Shown here: positions 40,534 to 49,564 of the stretch, one piece after another | Numbering within the stretch: position 1 is the first letter of the stretch | Layout: the number at the start of each line of letters is the position of its first letter | DNA from: an uncultured Alphaproteobacteria bacterium | Lineage (GTDB): Bacteria > Pseudomonadota > Alphaproteobacteria > UBA3830 > JAIRWN01 | Assembly: GCA_964369315.1 (NCBI GenBank) | Contig: CAYJEJ010000004.1 | Span: forward strand, 4,286-68,285 | Direction of reading: 5' to 3' | DNA: 64,000 nucleotides | Notes under the pieces: model-generated | Told to the model about the DNA's origin: nothing | What the model saw: the letters and a program-made list of their open reading frames with translations, nothing else | Database searches by the model: none | Position numbers and translations under genes: made by a program

Positions 40534-41127
40534 ATGAATACTTTAACTAAAAAAATATCTTATCTTGTGGTCGGTACAGTTGTTCTTTGTGGTTCAGCTT
40601 TTGCTTCTTTGGCAGAGTATCGTGATGTGAACACTGGGATTAAAAAAGTAAACCAACTTTTAAAAGGCAGTTTGCAAGAGATAACTCTTGCTCGTGCAAA
40701 TTGTCAATATGCATATAACAACAATCCTAATTGTTGTGAGTCTTGTAAGATTGGTGATTTTCAGAATACAGCAGGTCGTGGTCATGTGATCCCAGCTGAT
40801 TTTATGTTTGGTGTACCTGTTATGGGGGGCGTTTTAGACGTGCATAGTATTCAATATATGCCACATAAATTTTACGGAATTGTTAACGAGAAGTTTTCAA
40901 TGCCTTATTATCAAGGTGGTATGAATGGTGTTGCAACTACTATTTTAGATAAAATTACGAAATTAATGGTTAGTAGTGGTGTCACCCCAAAGCTTTTTGA
41001 AGAAGTTAAGCGTTTGGCACTAGCAAATGTTGATGGTGATGAAAGTGCAACTCATCCTTTAAATAAATTTATTGTTTTATTGAATTGCGTGGTTGAAGCT
41101 GTTTCACAGACACGTTTCGTTAGCTAA
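40534..41127 (+). CDS. orphan secreted Cys-rich hypothetical protein
   Basis: ATG at 40534 lies 8 nt after AAGGAGG. Signal peptide MNTLTKKISYLVVGTVVLCGSAFA. Cys cluster CQYAYNNNPNCCESCK. I recognise no family motif. Confidence 0.55.
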   Translation: MNTLTKKISYLVVGTVVLCGSAFASLAEYRDVNTGIKKVNQLLKGSLQEITLARANCQYAYNNNPNCCESCKIGDFQNTAGRGHVIPADFMFGVPVMGGVLDVHSIQYMPHKFYGIVNEKFSMPYYQGGMNGVATTILDKITKLMVSSGVTPKLFEEVKRLALANVDGDESATHPLNKFIVLLNCVVEAVSQTRFVS

Positions 41128-41151
41128 TTAACTGTATATTTTGTTTTAAAG

Positions 41152-41183
41152 AGGCACGGCTCAAAAGGTCGTGCCTTTTTTAT
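41152..41183 (+). terminator. rho-independent terminator
   Basis: AGGCACG (41152..41158) pairs with CGTGCCT (41170..41176), followed by TTTTTT. Confidence 0.8.
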
Positions 41184-41327
41184 TTAAGCATTGTTCAGTT
41201 TGAACTTTTGCCATCAAGAAAATCTTGTCTAAGTTGCCAGAAAATTCCTGCTTTATAAAACGGCATTGTATCACCTGTTTTGAATAAGCGATGAGAGGTT
41301 CAGCTTCTTTGATGTATAAACTAAGCG

Positions 41328-42323
41328 TTAGTTTCCATAACTGAGGTGCATCGCATCTCTTACTAATGCTATTGTTTGCATTGCACGAGATTTTGCCGCA
41401 AGAATCCCCTCCCTTAAAACGTTGTCTATATATTCACGATTCAGGGATTTTCTTTTTTCTCTTATGGGTTCAAGCATCGTCTGGAGCGTTTCGTTCAGTA
41501 TGTTTTTTATGACAACATCACCAAGACCGCCCCGTTGATATTTTTGCTTGAGCTCTTCAACCTCGGCTTTATTTGGGTGAAACGCGTCGAGGTAAGTAAA
41601 CACCACGTTTCCTTCAACTTGACCGCGGTCGCTCGCGTGAATGTGGTTGGGGTCGGTGAACATAGAAAAGACTTTTTGTTTAATCACGTCAGGTTCGTCA
41701 GATAAAAATATCGCATTCCCCAAAGATTTACTCGCCTTTGCCTGCCCATCAACGCCAATAAGCCGTGGCGTATTGCTCAGGTATGGCTGAGCCTCTTTAA
41801 GGCAGTCAGTATTATAAATTTTGTTGAACTTACGGACAATCTCGTTCGTTTGTTCTATCATCGGTATTTGGTCATTTCCCACAGGAACCAGCTCAGCCTG
41901 AAAGATTGTAATATCGGCGGCTTGGTTTATTGGATAGCACAAAAATCCAGCGGGGATATTCGAGCCATATCCTTTCTGACGAATTTCTGCCTTAACAGTC
42001 GGGTTTCGCTCTAAGCGACTGAGCGTGACGAGGTTAAGGTAATAGATGGTTAGTTCGGTAATTTCTGGAATTTGGGATTGTATGAATATTGTCGTTTTTT
42101 CAGGGTCTATTCCAACGGCGAGATAGTCATGAACCAGTTCATAAACGCTATTGCGAATTTTCGAAGGGTTATCAAAATTATCAGTCAATGCCTGAACGTC
42201 TGCAATCATGATATATTGCTTAAACTCGTTTTGCAATTTCACACGGCTCATCAACGAGCCGACATAGTGCCCCAAGTGAAGGCGACCAGAAGGTCTATCG
42301 CCGGTTAATATTATCTTACTCAT
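41328..42323 (-). CDS. trpS: tryptophan--tRNA ligase
   Basis: GDRPSGRLHLGHYVG (HIGH-type). KASKS (KMSKS-type). 331 aa. Confidence 0.95.
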   Translation of the reverse strand: MSKIILTGDRPSGRLHLGHYVGSLMSRVKLQNEFKQYIMIADVQALTDNFDNPSKIRNSVYELVHDYLAVGIDPEKTTIFIQSQIPEITELTIYYLNLVTLSRLERNPTVKAEIRQKGYGSNIPAGFLCYPINQAADITIFQAELVPVGNDQIPMIEQTNEIVRKFNKIYNTDCLKEAQPYLSNTPRLIGVDGQAKASKSLGNAIFLSDEPDVIKQKVFSMFTDPNHIHASDRGQVEGNVVFTYLDAFHPNKAEVEELKQKYQRGGLGDVVIKNILNETLQTMLEPIREKRKSLNREYIDNVLREGILAAKSRAMQTIALVRDAMHLSYGN

Positions 42324-42425
42324 ACTTATCCCTCTTATCGTTTAATAAAGCCTTCAAAAAAAACACGGCGTCTTTTCAGGGACGCCGCAAATCACATATA
42401 CAGAGATTGATTGAAAAACGTGTGA

Positions 42426-44003
42426 TTATTTATCTTTTGCACATTCTTCAGCAATTTTTTCATACTCTTTTATGGCAGAAAAGGCACCCAAAGTTCTGCC
42501 AACAGCCCAGAATATTAATGATGATATTACAGTTATAATAATCACCGTAATTGCCTGTGTAAACGCACCACACATATAATAATCGGTCGCATAAATATCC
42601 ATGCCATAGACACTCACAGTCATCGCACCTGTCGCAATCAAGAGCTTAAAGCAAGCAAGCCATGTTTTATTCAGCACATGCAGTTCACCTTTGCGTATTA
42701 AAACTCCATAAAGGACAAACATATTGACCCAAGATGAGACTGATATTGCAGCTGCTATTCCAACATGTCCAAGCCCTATTTCCTTGAACGCAGGAATAAA
42801 GAAAAACGCAGCAACAAAGTTGGCAACCAGTGCTATTCCACCTGCGATGACGGGGATTTTTACATTTTTTTGTGCAAAAAATGTCGTTGAAAATATTTTG
42901 GTTAATATATAAGACGGAAGACCCAAGGCAAACGCTGCCAATGCTGGTGCGGCGTTATGAACCTGTGTTGGACCAAATTTGCCATGCCCATAAAACATGC
43001 CTGTCATGGGCTCAGACAACACAGAAAAGAGCACAGTCGTTGGCAATATAAGGGCAAGACCAAAAACCACACCCATATTTAATTGGGCACTCGCTCCTTT
43101 AATGTTTTTTGCTTGCAAAAATTTGGACAAAGGAGGCAATAAAACGGTGCTAAGTGATATACCGATTATTCCAAGCGGGATTTGGTTCACGTGGTCGGTA
43201 TAATATATGTAAGACACAGAACCTGACGGCAAAAATGACGCCAAGCTGATGCACCCGATAAGTATATTAATTTGCCAAACACCAGCACCCACAGCCCCTG
43301 GGATAATCCTTTTGATGACGGCCGTTGCTTCGGAAGAGGGCTTTTTCATCGTAATTCTTATGCTAAAGCCGTGTTTTTTAACGTTCGTCCAAAGTATCAA
43401 CACCTGTAAGACACCAGAGATAAGTGTCGCCCATGCCATCATATGTGCAATATTTGGCAGACCAAAATAGCCCAAAACCAATGCAGTTATCACGCAGATA
43501 TTAAGTGCAAGCTGAACCCCAGCAGGCATTGCAAATTTGTTGATGGCGTTTAATATACCGCCAAATAACGCAACAATAAATGAGGTTAAAACGAACGGAA
43601 AACAGATATAACCCAGCTCAATCGCATAATGATATTGCTCGCTTCCAACCTTAAAACCAGGGGCTAACCCTTTAATAATCCAAGAAAAACCTGAGAACGA
43701 AACAATCGCTATTATCGCTAAGATTAATGCTAGTAATGTCAAAACCTGAGATGCCATGACCTCTGCGACGTTTTTGCCCTCTTTATTCAAGATGCCAGAA
43801 AATCTGGGTAAGAACGCTGCGTTAAAAGCACCTTCCGCGAACAATTTTCTTAATATGTTTGCCAACTTAAACGCAACAGCAAATGCGTCAGTAATTGGAC
43901 CAGCACCAAGAATTGCGGCCTGTAAAGAGTCGCGTATTAAACTAGTTATCCGATAAAGTAAAGTATACCCACCCACGGTGAACATAGATTTGATTGCATT
44001 CAT
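42426..44003 (-). CDS. murJ: lipid II flippase MurJ (MviN)
   Basis: 525 aa, ~14 TM. N-terminal SLIRDSLQAAILGAGPITDAFAVAFKLANILRKLFAEGAFNAAFLP is the MurJ signature. Confidence 0.9.
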   Translation of the reverse strand: MNAIKSMFTVGGYTLLYRITSLIRDSLQAAILGAGPITDAFAVAFKLANILRKLFAEGAFNAAFLPRFSGILNKEGKNVAEVMASQVLTLLALILAIIAIVSFSGFSWIIKGLAPGFKVGSEQYHYAIELGYICFPFVLTSFIVALFGGILNAINKFAMPAGVQLALNICVITALVLGYFGLPNIAHMMAWATLISGVLQVLILWTNVKKHGFSIRITMKKPSSEATAVIKRIIPGAVGAGVWQINILIGCISLASFLPSGSVSYIYYTDHVNQIPLGIIGISLSTVLLPPLSKFLQAKNIKGASAQLNMGVVFGLALILPTTVLFSVLSEPMTGMFYGHGKFGPTQVHNAAPALAAFALGLPSYILTKIFSTTFFAQKNVKIPVIAGGIALVANFVAAFFFIPAFKEIGLGHVGIAAAISVSSWVNMFVLYGVLIRKGELHVLNKTWLACFKLLIATGAMTVSVYGMDIYATDYYMCGAFTQAITVIIITVISSLIFWAVGRTLGAFSAIKEYEKIAEECAKDK

Positions 44004-44069
44004 TGAGGAACCTCCTTTAAAACGGTTATGTGAAAAATTAATGTTTTTTCATGTAAATGACAAGACTAT

Positions 44070-46703
44070 TTATTTTATCTTATTTTTAAATTTGTTTTTC
44101 AGCTCGAAAAGTGTGTCCAAGGCTTGCTTTGGCGAGAGGTTATCGAGGTCATACATCTCTAACATCCCGAGCATGTCGTTGTTTTCGTATTTTTCTTCAT
44201 CATTATTTAATAAATCCGGTGTAACTGACACGGTTTTTCCTCGTTCAAGCTCGTCTAATATGATTTGGGCTCGTTTTATAACGGTTTGTGGAATCCCAGC
44301 CATCTCGGCGACGTGTAGTCCGTAAGACTTGCTTGCGGTTCCGTCGATTATTTCGTGATGGAAGATTAATTTGCCATTCCAATCTTGAATTTTTGGTGTT
44401 TGACACTTCAGACCCTTCAAATATTTTGCAACATTAGTCAGTTCATGATAGTGCGTTGCAAACAAAGCCCGACATTTGTTTTGGTTATGGATTTGCTCTA
44501 AGATAGCCCATGCTAGTGATAACCCATCAAACGTTGATGTTCCTCGACCAACCTCATCAAGAATAACAAAAGACTTATCACTGGCTTGATGAAGGATGGC
44601 TGATGTTTCTATCATCTCAACCATAAAGGTCGAGCGACCCCGAGCCAACTCATCACTGGCACCGATACGGCTGAAGATTTTATCGACCACACCAATTTCG
44701 GTGTGTTTTGCTGGTACAAAAAAACCAGATTGTGCCATTATTATAATAAGGGCGTTTTGTCTCAAAAATGTGCTTTTCCCAGACATGTTGGGGCCTGTAA
44801 GAAGGTCGACCCTAGTCATTTCATCGAGAAAACAATCGTTCGGCACAAAAGTTTGCTCTGAATTTTGGGTTATTTGCTCAACTATTGGGTGACGACCGCC
44901 CTTTATATATAGCGAATAAGACTCGCTTAAACTTGGTCGGGAGTAATTGCGTTTTTTAGTAACAAACGCCATCGAAGACGATAAGTCCAAAACAGCCAAT
45001 GCATTTGCTAGGTTTTTAAGGTTATTAAACTCTTCAGCGATTAAAGAGAGGATAGAGTGATATATTTTTAGTTCGATTTCTAGGGCAGCTTCTTGAGAAT
45101 TTTCAATTTGTTCCTGAAGGTGTGTTAATTCAGTTGTGACATAGCGAACGGCATTAACTAGCGTTTGGCGATGAGTGAACAAATCTTTTGGCATTCGTCC
45201 GCTTTGAGATGACGGCACCTCAACATACCAGCCCCAGATGTTGTTTTGTCTGATTTTTAGCGATTGAACGCCTGTGATGGAGACATATTTTTCCCTAAGC
45301 TGGTCGATGTATAGGTGAGATTGTGTTTTTAAATCGTTCAGTTTATCAAGCTCTTCGTTATAACCCTTTTTAACAAAGCCGCCTTCTTTGTGCGAGTTTG
45401 GAGGAGTATCTATTAAGGTTTTTTCCAAGATATTTTGGATGTGAGAGAAGTCTTTTATTTTTTTAAAATAATCGCCAAGCTCTCCGCTAGATGTATCAAA
45501 GTTTAATAAATTAGCCGATAGTTTTTGCTTCAACTCTGAATAAATTTCAATTGAGAGCTTTATGTTTAATACATCCTTTAACGATGCTCTCAAAAACATC
45601 ACTCGCGAGAGGCTGCGTTCTAGGTCGGGGCAATATTTTAATCGCTGACGTATTTCATCAATCAAGTCTGAGTGGTTGACAAAAAATTCAATGGCGTGAA
45701 GTCTGCTGTTTAATTCTGGAATGCTGAGTATAGGGGCAGATAAGCGAGAACGTAAAAGCCTTGCTCCAGCTGAACAAGATGTCTCGTCCAAACAGTCGGC
45801 TAATGACATGGAGTTTTGTTGGTCGGTTGATAAAAGCTCCAAACTTTTTCTTGTTGCAATGTCGATTTGCATAAAATCTTCAGTGTGGATTTTTATTGGT
45901 GGGGACAGCCTCGGCAATTGAGATTTTTGAGTAATTGAAAGATATTCAACTAATGCACCGCAAACAGAAATTTCTGGTTGATTAAATTGCCCAAAGCTGT
46001 CCAATGTTTGGACGTTGAAAATTTTTTCTAAACGAATTTTTTCCGCCGTTGCAGAAAATTTTACATCAGGGATTGGGGTGATGCTCGCATTAAATAATTC
46101 AGTAATTTCTTTTAAGTCTATGCTTTCAATCAATGAAGAAGCACACAAAATTTCTTTTGGCTCAAACCTCGAAAGTTCAGAAATCAATGCTTCTTGTTTT
46201 ATCGTCTCCACAACAAACGTGCCAGTGGAAATATCGATTGCAGAAAAGCTAAAACAGTCTTTATTAAATGCTTTTCCAAAAAAAGAATGGGGAATGATGG
46301 ATATTAAAAAATTATTATGTTTTGCCTGTAAAAGGTTGTCCTCAGTTATGGTGCCAGAGGTTGCTATTCGTACCACGGCACGTTTAACAATGGCCTTATA
46401 CCCACGTTTTTTTGCTTCTTGAGGGGTTTCTGTTTGGTCGCAAATGGCAACTCGGAAACCAGATTTGATGAGTTTTTGCATATATAAATCGAGCGAAGCT
46501 GCAGGCACCCCGCACATGGGGATGTTTTCCTCCAGATGTTTCCCGCGATGGGTCAGTGCTATGTCTAGGGTGGCGGATGCTATTTTGGCATCGTCAAAAA
46601 ATAATTCAAAAAAATCCCCCATCCTGAAGAATAATAAACAGTCTGTATATTGAGATTTGATTTCCAAATACTGCTTCATCATCGGGGTTGTTTGTTCTTC
46701 CAT
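44070..46703 (-). CDS. mutS: DNA mismatch repair protein MutS
   Basis: TPMMKQYLEIKSQYTDCLLFFRMGDFFELFFDDA. Walker A GPNMSGKST. DEVGRGTSTFDG. Confidence 0.97.
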   Translation of the reverse strand: MEEQTTPMMKQYLEIKSQYTDCLLFFRMGDFFELFFDDAKIASATLDIALTHRGKHLEENIPMCGVPAASLDLYMQKLIKSGFRVAICDQTETPQEAKKRGYKAIVKRAVVRIATSGTITEDNLLQAKHNNFLISIIPHSFFGKAFNKDCFSFSAIDISTGTFVVETIKQEALISELSRFEPKEILCASSLIESIDLKEITELFNASITPIPDVKFSATAEKIRLEKIFNVQTLDSFGQFNQPEISVCGALVEYLSITQKSQLPRLSPPIKIHTEDFMQIDIATRKSLELLSTDQQNSMSLADCLDETSCSAGARLLRSRLSAPILSIPELNSRLHAIEFFVNHSDLIDEIRQRLKYCPDLERSLSRVMFLRASLKDVLNIKLSIEIYSELKQKLSANLLNFDTSSGELGDYFKKIKDFSHIQNILEKTLIDTPPNSHKEGGFVKKGYNEELDKLNDLKTQSHLYIDQLREKYVSITGVQSLKIRQNNIWGWYVEVPSSQSGRMPKDLFTHRQTLVNAVRYVTTELTHLQEQIENSQEAALEIELKIYHSILSLIAEEFNNLKNLANALAVLDLSSSMAFVTKKRNYSRPSLSESYSLYIKGGRHPIVEQITQNSEQTFVPNDCFLDEMTRVDLLTGPNMSGKSTFLRQNALIIIMAQSGFFVPAKHTEIGVVDKIFSRIGASDELARGRSTFMVEMIETSAILHQASDKSFVILDEVGRGTSTFDGLSLAWAILEQIHNQNKCRALFATHYHELTNVAKYLKGLKCQTPKIQDWNGKLIFHHEIIDGTASKSYGLHVAEMAGIPQTVIKRAQIILDELERGKTVSVTPDLLNNDEEKYENNDMLGMLEMYDLDNLSPKQALDTLFELKNKFKNKIK

Positions 46704-46822
46704 TTAGTTTTCCAATCAGGGTCTATAAATAAATCATTAAAAACATAAAATCACTGGACTAATGCTTTTTTATGTACGATACATAAGCTATAAAAGATTA
46801 TATTTTTTTAAGGGTACAGTAA

Positions 46823-47410
46823 ATGGCTAAGGTGTATTTTTATTATTCAGCTATGAACGCTGGTAAATCAACAAATCTTTTGCAATCCGCTTATAACTAT
46901 AATGAACGAGGTATGGAATGTGTTTTATTTATACCAGAAATTGACGATAGGTTTGGAAAGGGGACAATCACCTCGAGAATAGGGCTTTCCTCACCTGCAG
47001 TGTGCATAGGAAAAGAAACTAATTTGTTTTTATATGTTGAAAAAAAGGTGCTCGAGGGTCAAAAATTATCCTGTGTCCTAGTCGATGAATCGCAGTTTTT
47101 GTCTCGCCAGCAGGTTTTGCAATTGACGAATATTGCTGATGTTTTGAATATCCCTGTTTTAGCATATGGTCTAAGGACGGACTTTTTGGGGCAGTTGTTT
47201 GAAGGGAGCAGATATCTTTTGGCTTGGGCTGATGAATTAGAAGAGCTGAGAACGGTTTGTTTCTGCGGTAAAAAAGCAACAATGAACATGCGTCAAGACA
47301 AAGACGGAAATCCTGTTGTCTGCGGTGAGCAGGTCGATATTGGTGCAGAGGATAAGTATACTACTCTTTGCCGAAAGCATTTTAAAGAAAAGGTTTTAAA
47401 GGATTTATAA
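46823..47410 (+). CDS. tdk: thymidine kinase
   Basis: P-loop [18 protein letters not shown]-terminal zinc-ribbon cysteines (CFCGKKA...CGEQ...LCRKH). Confidence 0.9.
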   Translation: MAKVYFYYSAMNAGKSTNLLQSAYNYNERGMECVLFIPEIDDRFGKGTITSRIGLSSPAVCIGKETNLFLYVEKKVLEGQKLSCVLVDESQFLSRQQVLQLTNIADVLNIPVLAYGLRTDFLGQLFEGSRYLLAWADELEELRTVCFCGKKATMNMRQDKDGNPVVCGEQVDIGAEDKYTTLCRKHFKEKVLKDL

Positions 47411-47418
47411 TATAGCCA

Positions 47419-48237
47419 ATGAAGATATTATTTTTTGGCGATATTGTTGGTAAGAGTGGTCGCGAAAGCGTAAAAAAGTTCATTTTTCAGATGAGGGGGC
47501 AACTTGCCCCTGATTTAATTATCGCGAACGCTGATAATCTCGCACATGGCTTTGGTATGAATAAAAGCACGGCGGAAGAGATGTTTTCTTGCGGCGTTGA
47601 TGTGTTAACGGGCGGCAATCATATTTGGGACCAAAAAGACTCTATAAACTTTATTGCCCAGTCTCATCAGGTTCTTAGACCACATAATTACCCCACTGAC
47701 ACACCTGCTGTGGGTTGTGTCAAAATAAACACTAAGGGTGGACAAAGCGTTTTAGTGTTGCACCTGCAAGGGCAGATTAATATGCCCCAATTTTTGAACA
47801 GTCCTTTCTATTGTGCAGATGATGTTTTAAAAAAATATACTTTGGGTAAGGATGTGAACGCTATTTTCATAGATTTTCACGCAGAAACAACATCTGAGAA
47901 AATGTGTATGGGGCACTATTTAGACGGGCGTGTTTCAGCTGTTGTTGGAACGCATACACATGTGCCTTCTGCCGATGAAAGGGTGCTATCTGGAGGCACT
48001 GCATATATGACGGACGTTGGTATGTGCGGGGCGTATGACTCTATGCTCGGCATGTCAAAGCAATCAGCCATGAACAGAATCTTAAAACAACACAGCCTCC
48101 AGTATAATCGCTTTTCTCCGTCCGATGGGCAGGTGAGTGTTTGTGCGGTGTTGATTGATATCAATGACAACACGGGGTTGGCAAGTTCCATCAAGCCAAT
48201 AAGATTTGGCGGGTGCTTGTCGCAAACCGTTTGCTAG
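47419..48237 (+). CDS. YmdB-family metallophosphoesterase (TIGR00282)
   Basis: MKILFFGDIVGKSGRE. NADNLAHGFG. GNHIWD. DFHAETTSEK. GTHTHVPSADE. Confidence 0.85.
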   Translation: MKILFFGDIVGKSGRESVKKFIFQMRGQLAPDLIIANADNLAHGFGMNKSTAEEMFSCGVDVLTGGNHIWDQKDSINFIAQSHQVLRPHNYPTDTPAVGCVKINTKGGQSVLVLHLQGQINMPQFLNSPFYCADDVLKKYTLGKDVNAIFIDFHAETTSEKMCMGHYLDGRVSAVVGTHTHVPSADERVLSGGTAYMTDVGMCGAYDSMLGMSKQSAMNRILKQHSLQYNRFSPSDGQVSVCAVLIDINDNTGLASSIKPIRFGGCLSQTVC

Positions 48238-48284
48238 AGCTTTGAATAGCTAGCTTGATTTAGATTTATCACTTGAAGTTTTAG

Positions 48285-48313
48285 TTGACTTTTTTTACAA
48301 AATTTGTTACGAT
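48285..48313 (+). promoter_or_regulatory. sigma-70-type promoter candidate for hsp20
   Basis: TTGACT (48285..48290), 17-nt spacer, TACGAT (48308..48313). Confidence 0.5.
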
Positions 48314-48319
48314 ACTACC

Positions 48320-48427
48320 TTAAAAAAACGAGCTCGTTTGCGTTCGTTACGCGGTGCCCGAATGGGGCTGTGTTTTTAGCCGAAAGGCTGGTGTTTTTAA
48401 CTTGCTTTATTAAGGAGTTTTATTATG
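48320..48427 (+). promoter_or_regulatory. candidate ROSE-like RNA thermometer in the hsp20 5' leader
   Basis: A ~105-nt leader with four short hairpins: AAACGAG/CTCGTTT at 48326..48339, GCG-N7-CGC at 48340..48352, GCCC/GGGC at 48356..48368, and AGCC-GAAA-GGCT at 48378..48389. A final imperfect hairpin pairs AACUUGCU (48399..48406) with the SD region AAGGAGUU (48412..48419), with an internal G-G mismatch. Confidence 0.45.
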
Positions 48428-48886
48428 TCAAGAGTTTCTTTGTTCGATAGTCCTTTGTTTTTGGGGTTTGACCATTTCGAGAGGTTGGTTGACCAGTTAT
48501 CAAAGTCTTCTAGTGAAGGTTATCCACCATATAATATAGAACAGGTCGCAGATTGCGGATTTCGTATTACGCTTGCCGTTGCGGGGTTTACGCCTGAAAG
48601 CATTGATGTTTTGGTAGAGGATAACCAACTTACCGTGAAAGGAAGACAGGTTGAAGACGACCAGCGGACTTATTTGCACAGGGGAATAGCCACTAGGCAA
48701 TTTCAAAAAACTTTTGTTCTGGCTGAAGGGATAGAGATTTTGGGGGCTGATTTTGATAATGGTTTGCTCCACATAAATTTGGTTCGTCCAAAGGCACAAT
48801 CTCAAGTCAGAAGAATAGAAATTCAAAACAGTACGGACTCAAAAGGGTCTGTTAAGTCAATTACTGCAAAAAACATTGATAATTAA
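48425..48886 (+). CDS. Hsp20/alpha-crystallin small heat-shock protein (IbpA/HspA-like)
   Basis: GYPPYNIEQ. FRITLAVAGFTPESIDVLVEDNQLTVKG. FQKTFVLAEGIEILGADFDNGLLHINL. Confidence 0.9.
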   Translation: MSRVSLFDSPLFLGFDHFERLVDQLSKSSSEGYPPYNIEQVADCGFRITLAVAGFTPESIDVLVEDNQLTVKGRQVEDDQRTYLHRGIATRQFQKTFVLAEGIEILGADFDNGLLHINLVRPKAQSQVRRIEIQNSTDSKGSVKSITAKNIDN

Positions 48887-48897
48887 GGTGAAATATT

Positions 48898-49128
48898 ATG
48901 TTTAACGCGGAAAATCATTGGCTGAGGCATATTTCTGAACAAGAGCTGAATTTGTTGGGTTTGAATGTTGTTGCATACATTAAACCAGTTGAAGATAAAA
49001 ATAATAAAACTGGCGTCACTTTTGATGTTTGCTCAGCAGATGGGTCAGTTTTGGGCAGTTTTAAGTCATTTGAGCTGGCAGCCATTGCACTTAAACAAAA
49101 CGATTTGGTTCCGCTTAGCCTACACTAA
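48898..49128 (+). CDS. DUF1150-like small protein
   Basis: 76 aa, directly downstream of hsp20 as in many Alphaproteobacteria. VAYIKPV...CSADGSVLGSF...AAIALKQNDLVPLSLH resembles the DUF1150 pattern, recalled from memory. AAGGTGA SD. Confidence 0.6.
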   Translation: MFNAENHWLRHISEQELNLLGLNVVAYIKPVEDKNNKTGVTFDVCSADGSVLGSFKSFELAAIALKQNDLVPLSLH

Positions 49129-49201
49129 AGTAGCAAGGGTTTAGAGATGAAATTGTCTTAACGCCTGATAGTTGTTGTGTCGATTTTTTTAATCAAAAAA
49201 T

Positions 49202-49471
49202 ATGAATAAGAAAGCAAAAGATACCTTAGGGATGGATTCAAAACCAGATATCTCGGTTTTAGAAAAAACATTAAATGACCTTGAACATATTTATCAAATG
49301 TCTTTCAATGAGGGGAATTTAGCGTTGGCGCTTAAAGCGAAGGAGATTATAAGCAAAATCTGTGGTTTTTTTGATAAAAAAAAGGACACAAAACCATTTG
49401 ATATCACTAAAGCTAGCGAAGAAGAGTTAGAAACGATTATCGCTCAACTGCGAGATGAACTTGAAACGTAA
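49202..49471 (+). CDS. small hypothetical protein (helical, charged)
   Basis: 89-aa ORF in an otherwise empty gap, on the same strand as its neighbours. No convincing SD and no motif recognised. Confidence 0.3.
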   Translation: MNKKAKDTLGMDSKPDISVLEKTLNDLEHIYQMSFNEGNLALALKAKEIISKICGFFDKKKDTKPFDITKASEEELETIIAQLRDELET

Positions 49472-49564
49472 TTATTGTACTGACGAAAGATAAATTTTAA
49501 GGTATTTTTAATTAACGCAAGGTATGAAATATTAAACGTTTTATTTTTACGGCTTTGAATTTTT

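Noticed and set aside
48521-48529. DnaA-box-like 8/9 match TTATCCACC inside the hsp20 coding sequence.
   Set aside because: It is a single imperfect match within a coding region (encoding GYPPY). This is expected by chance.
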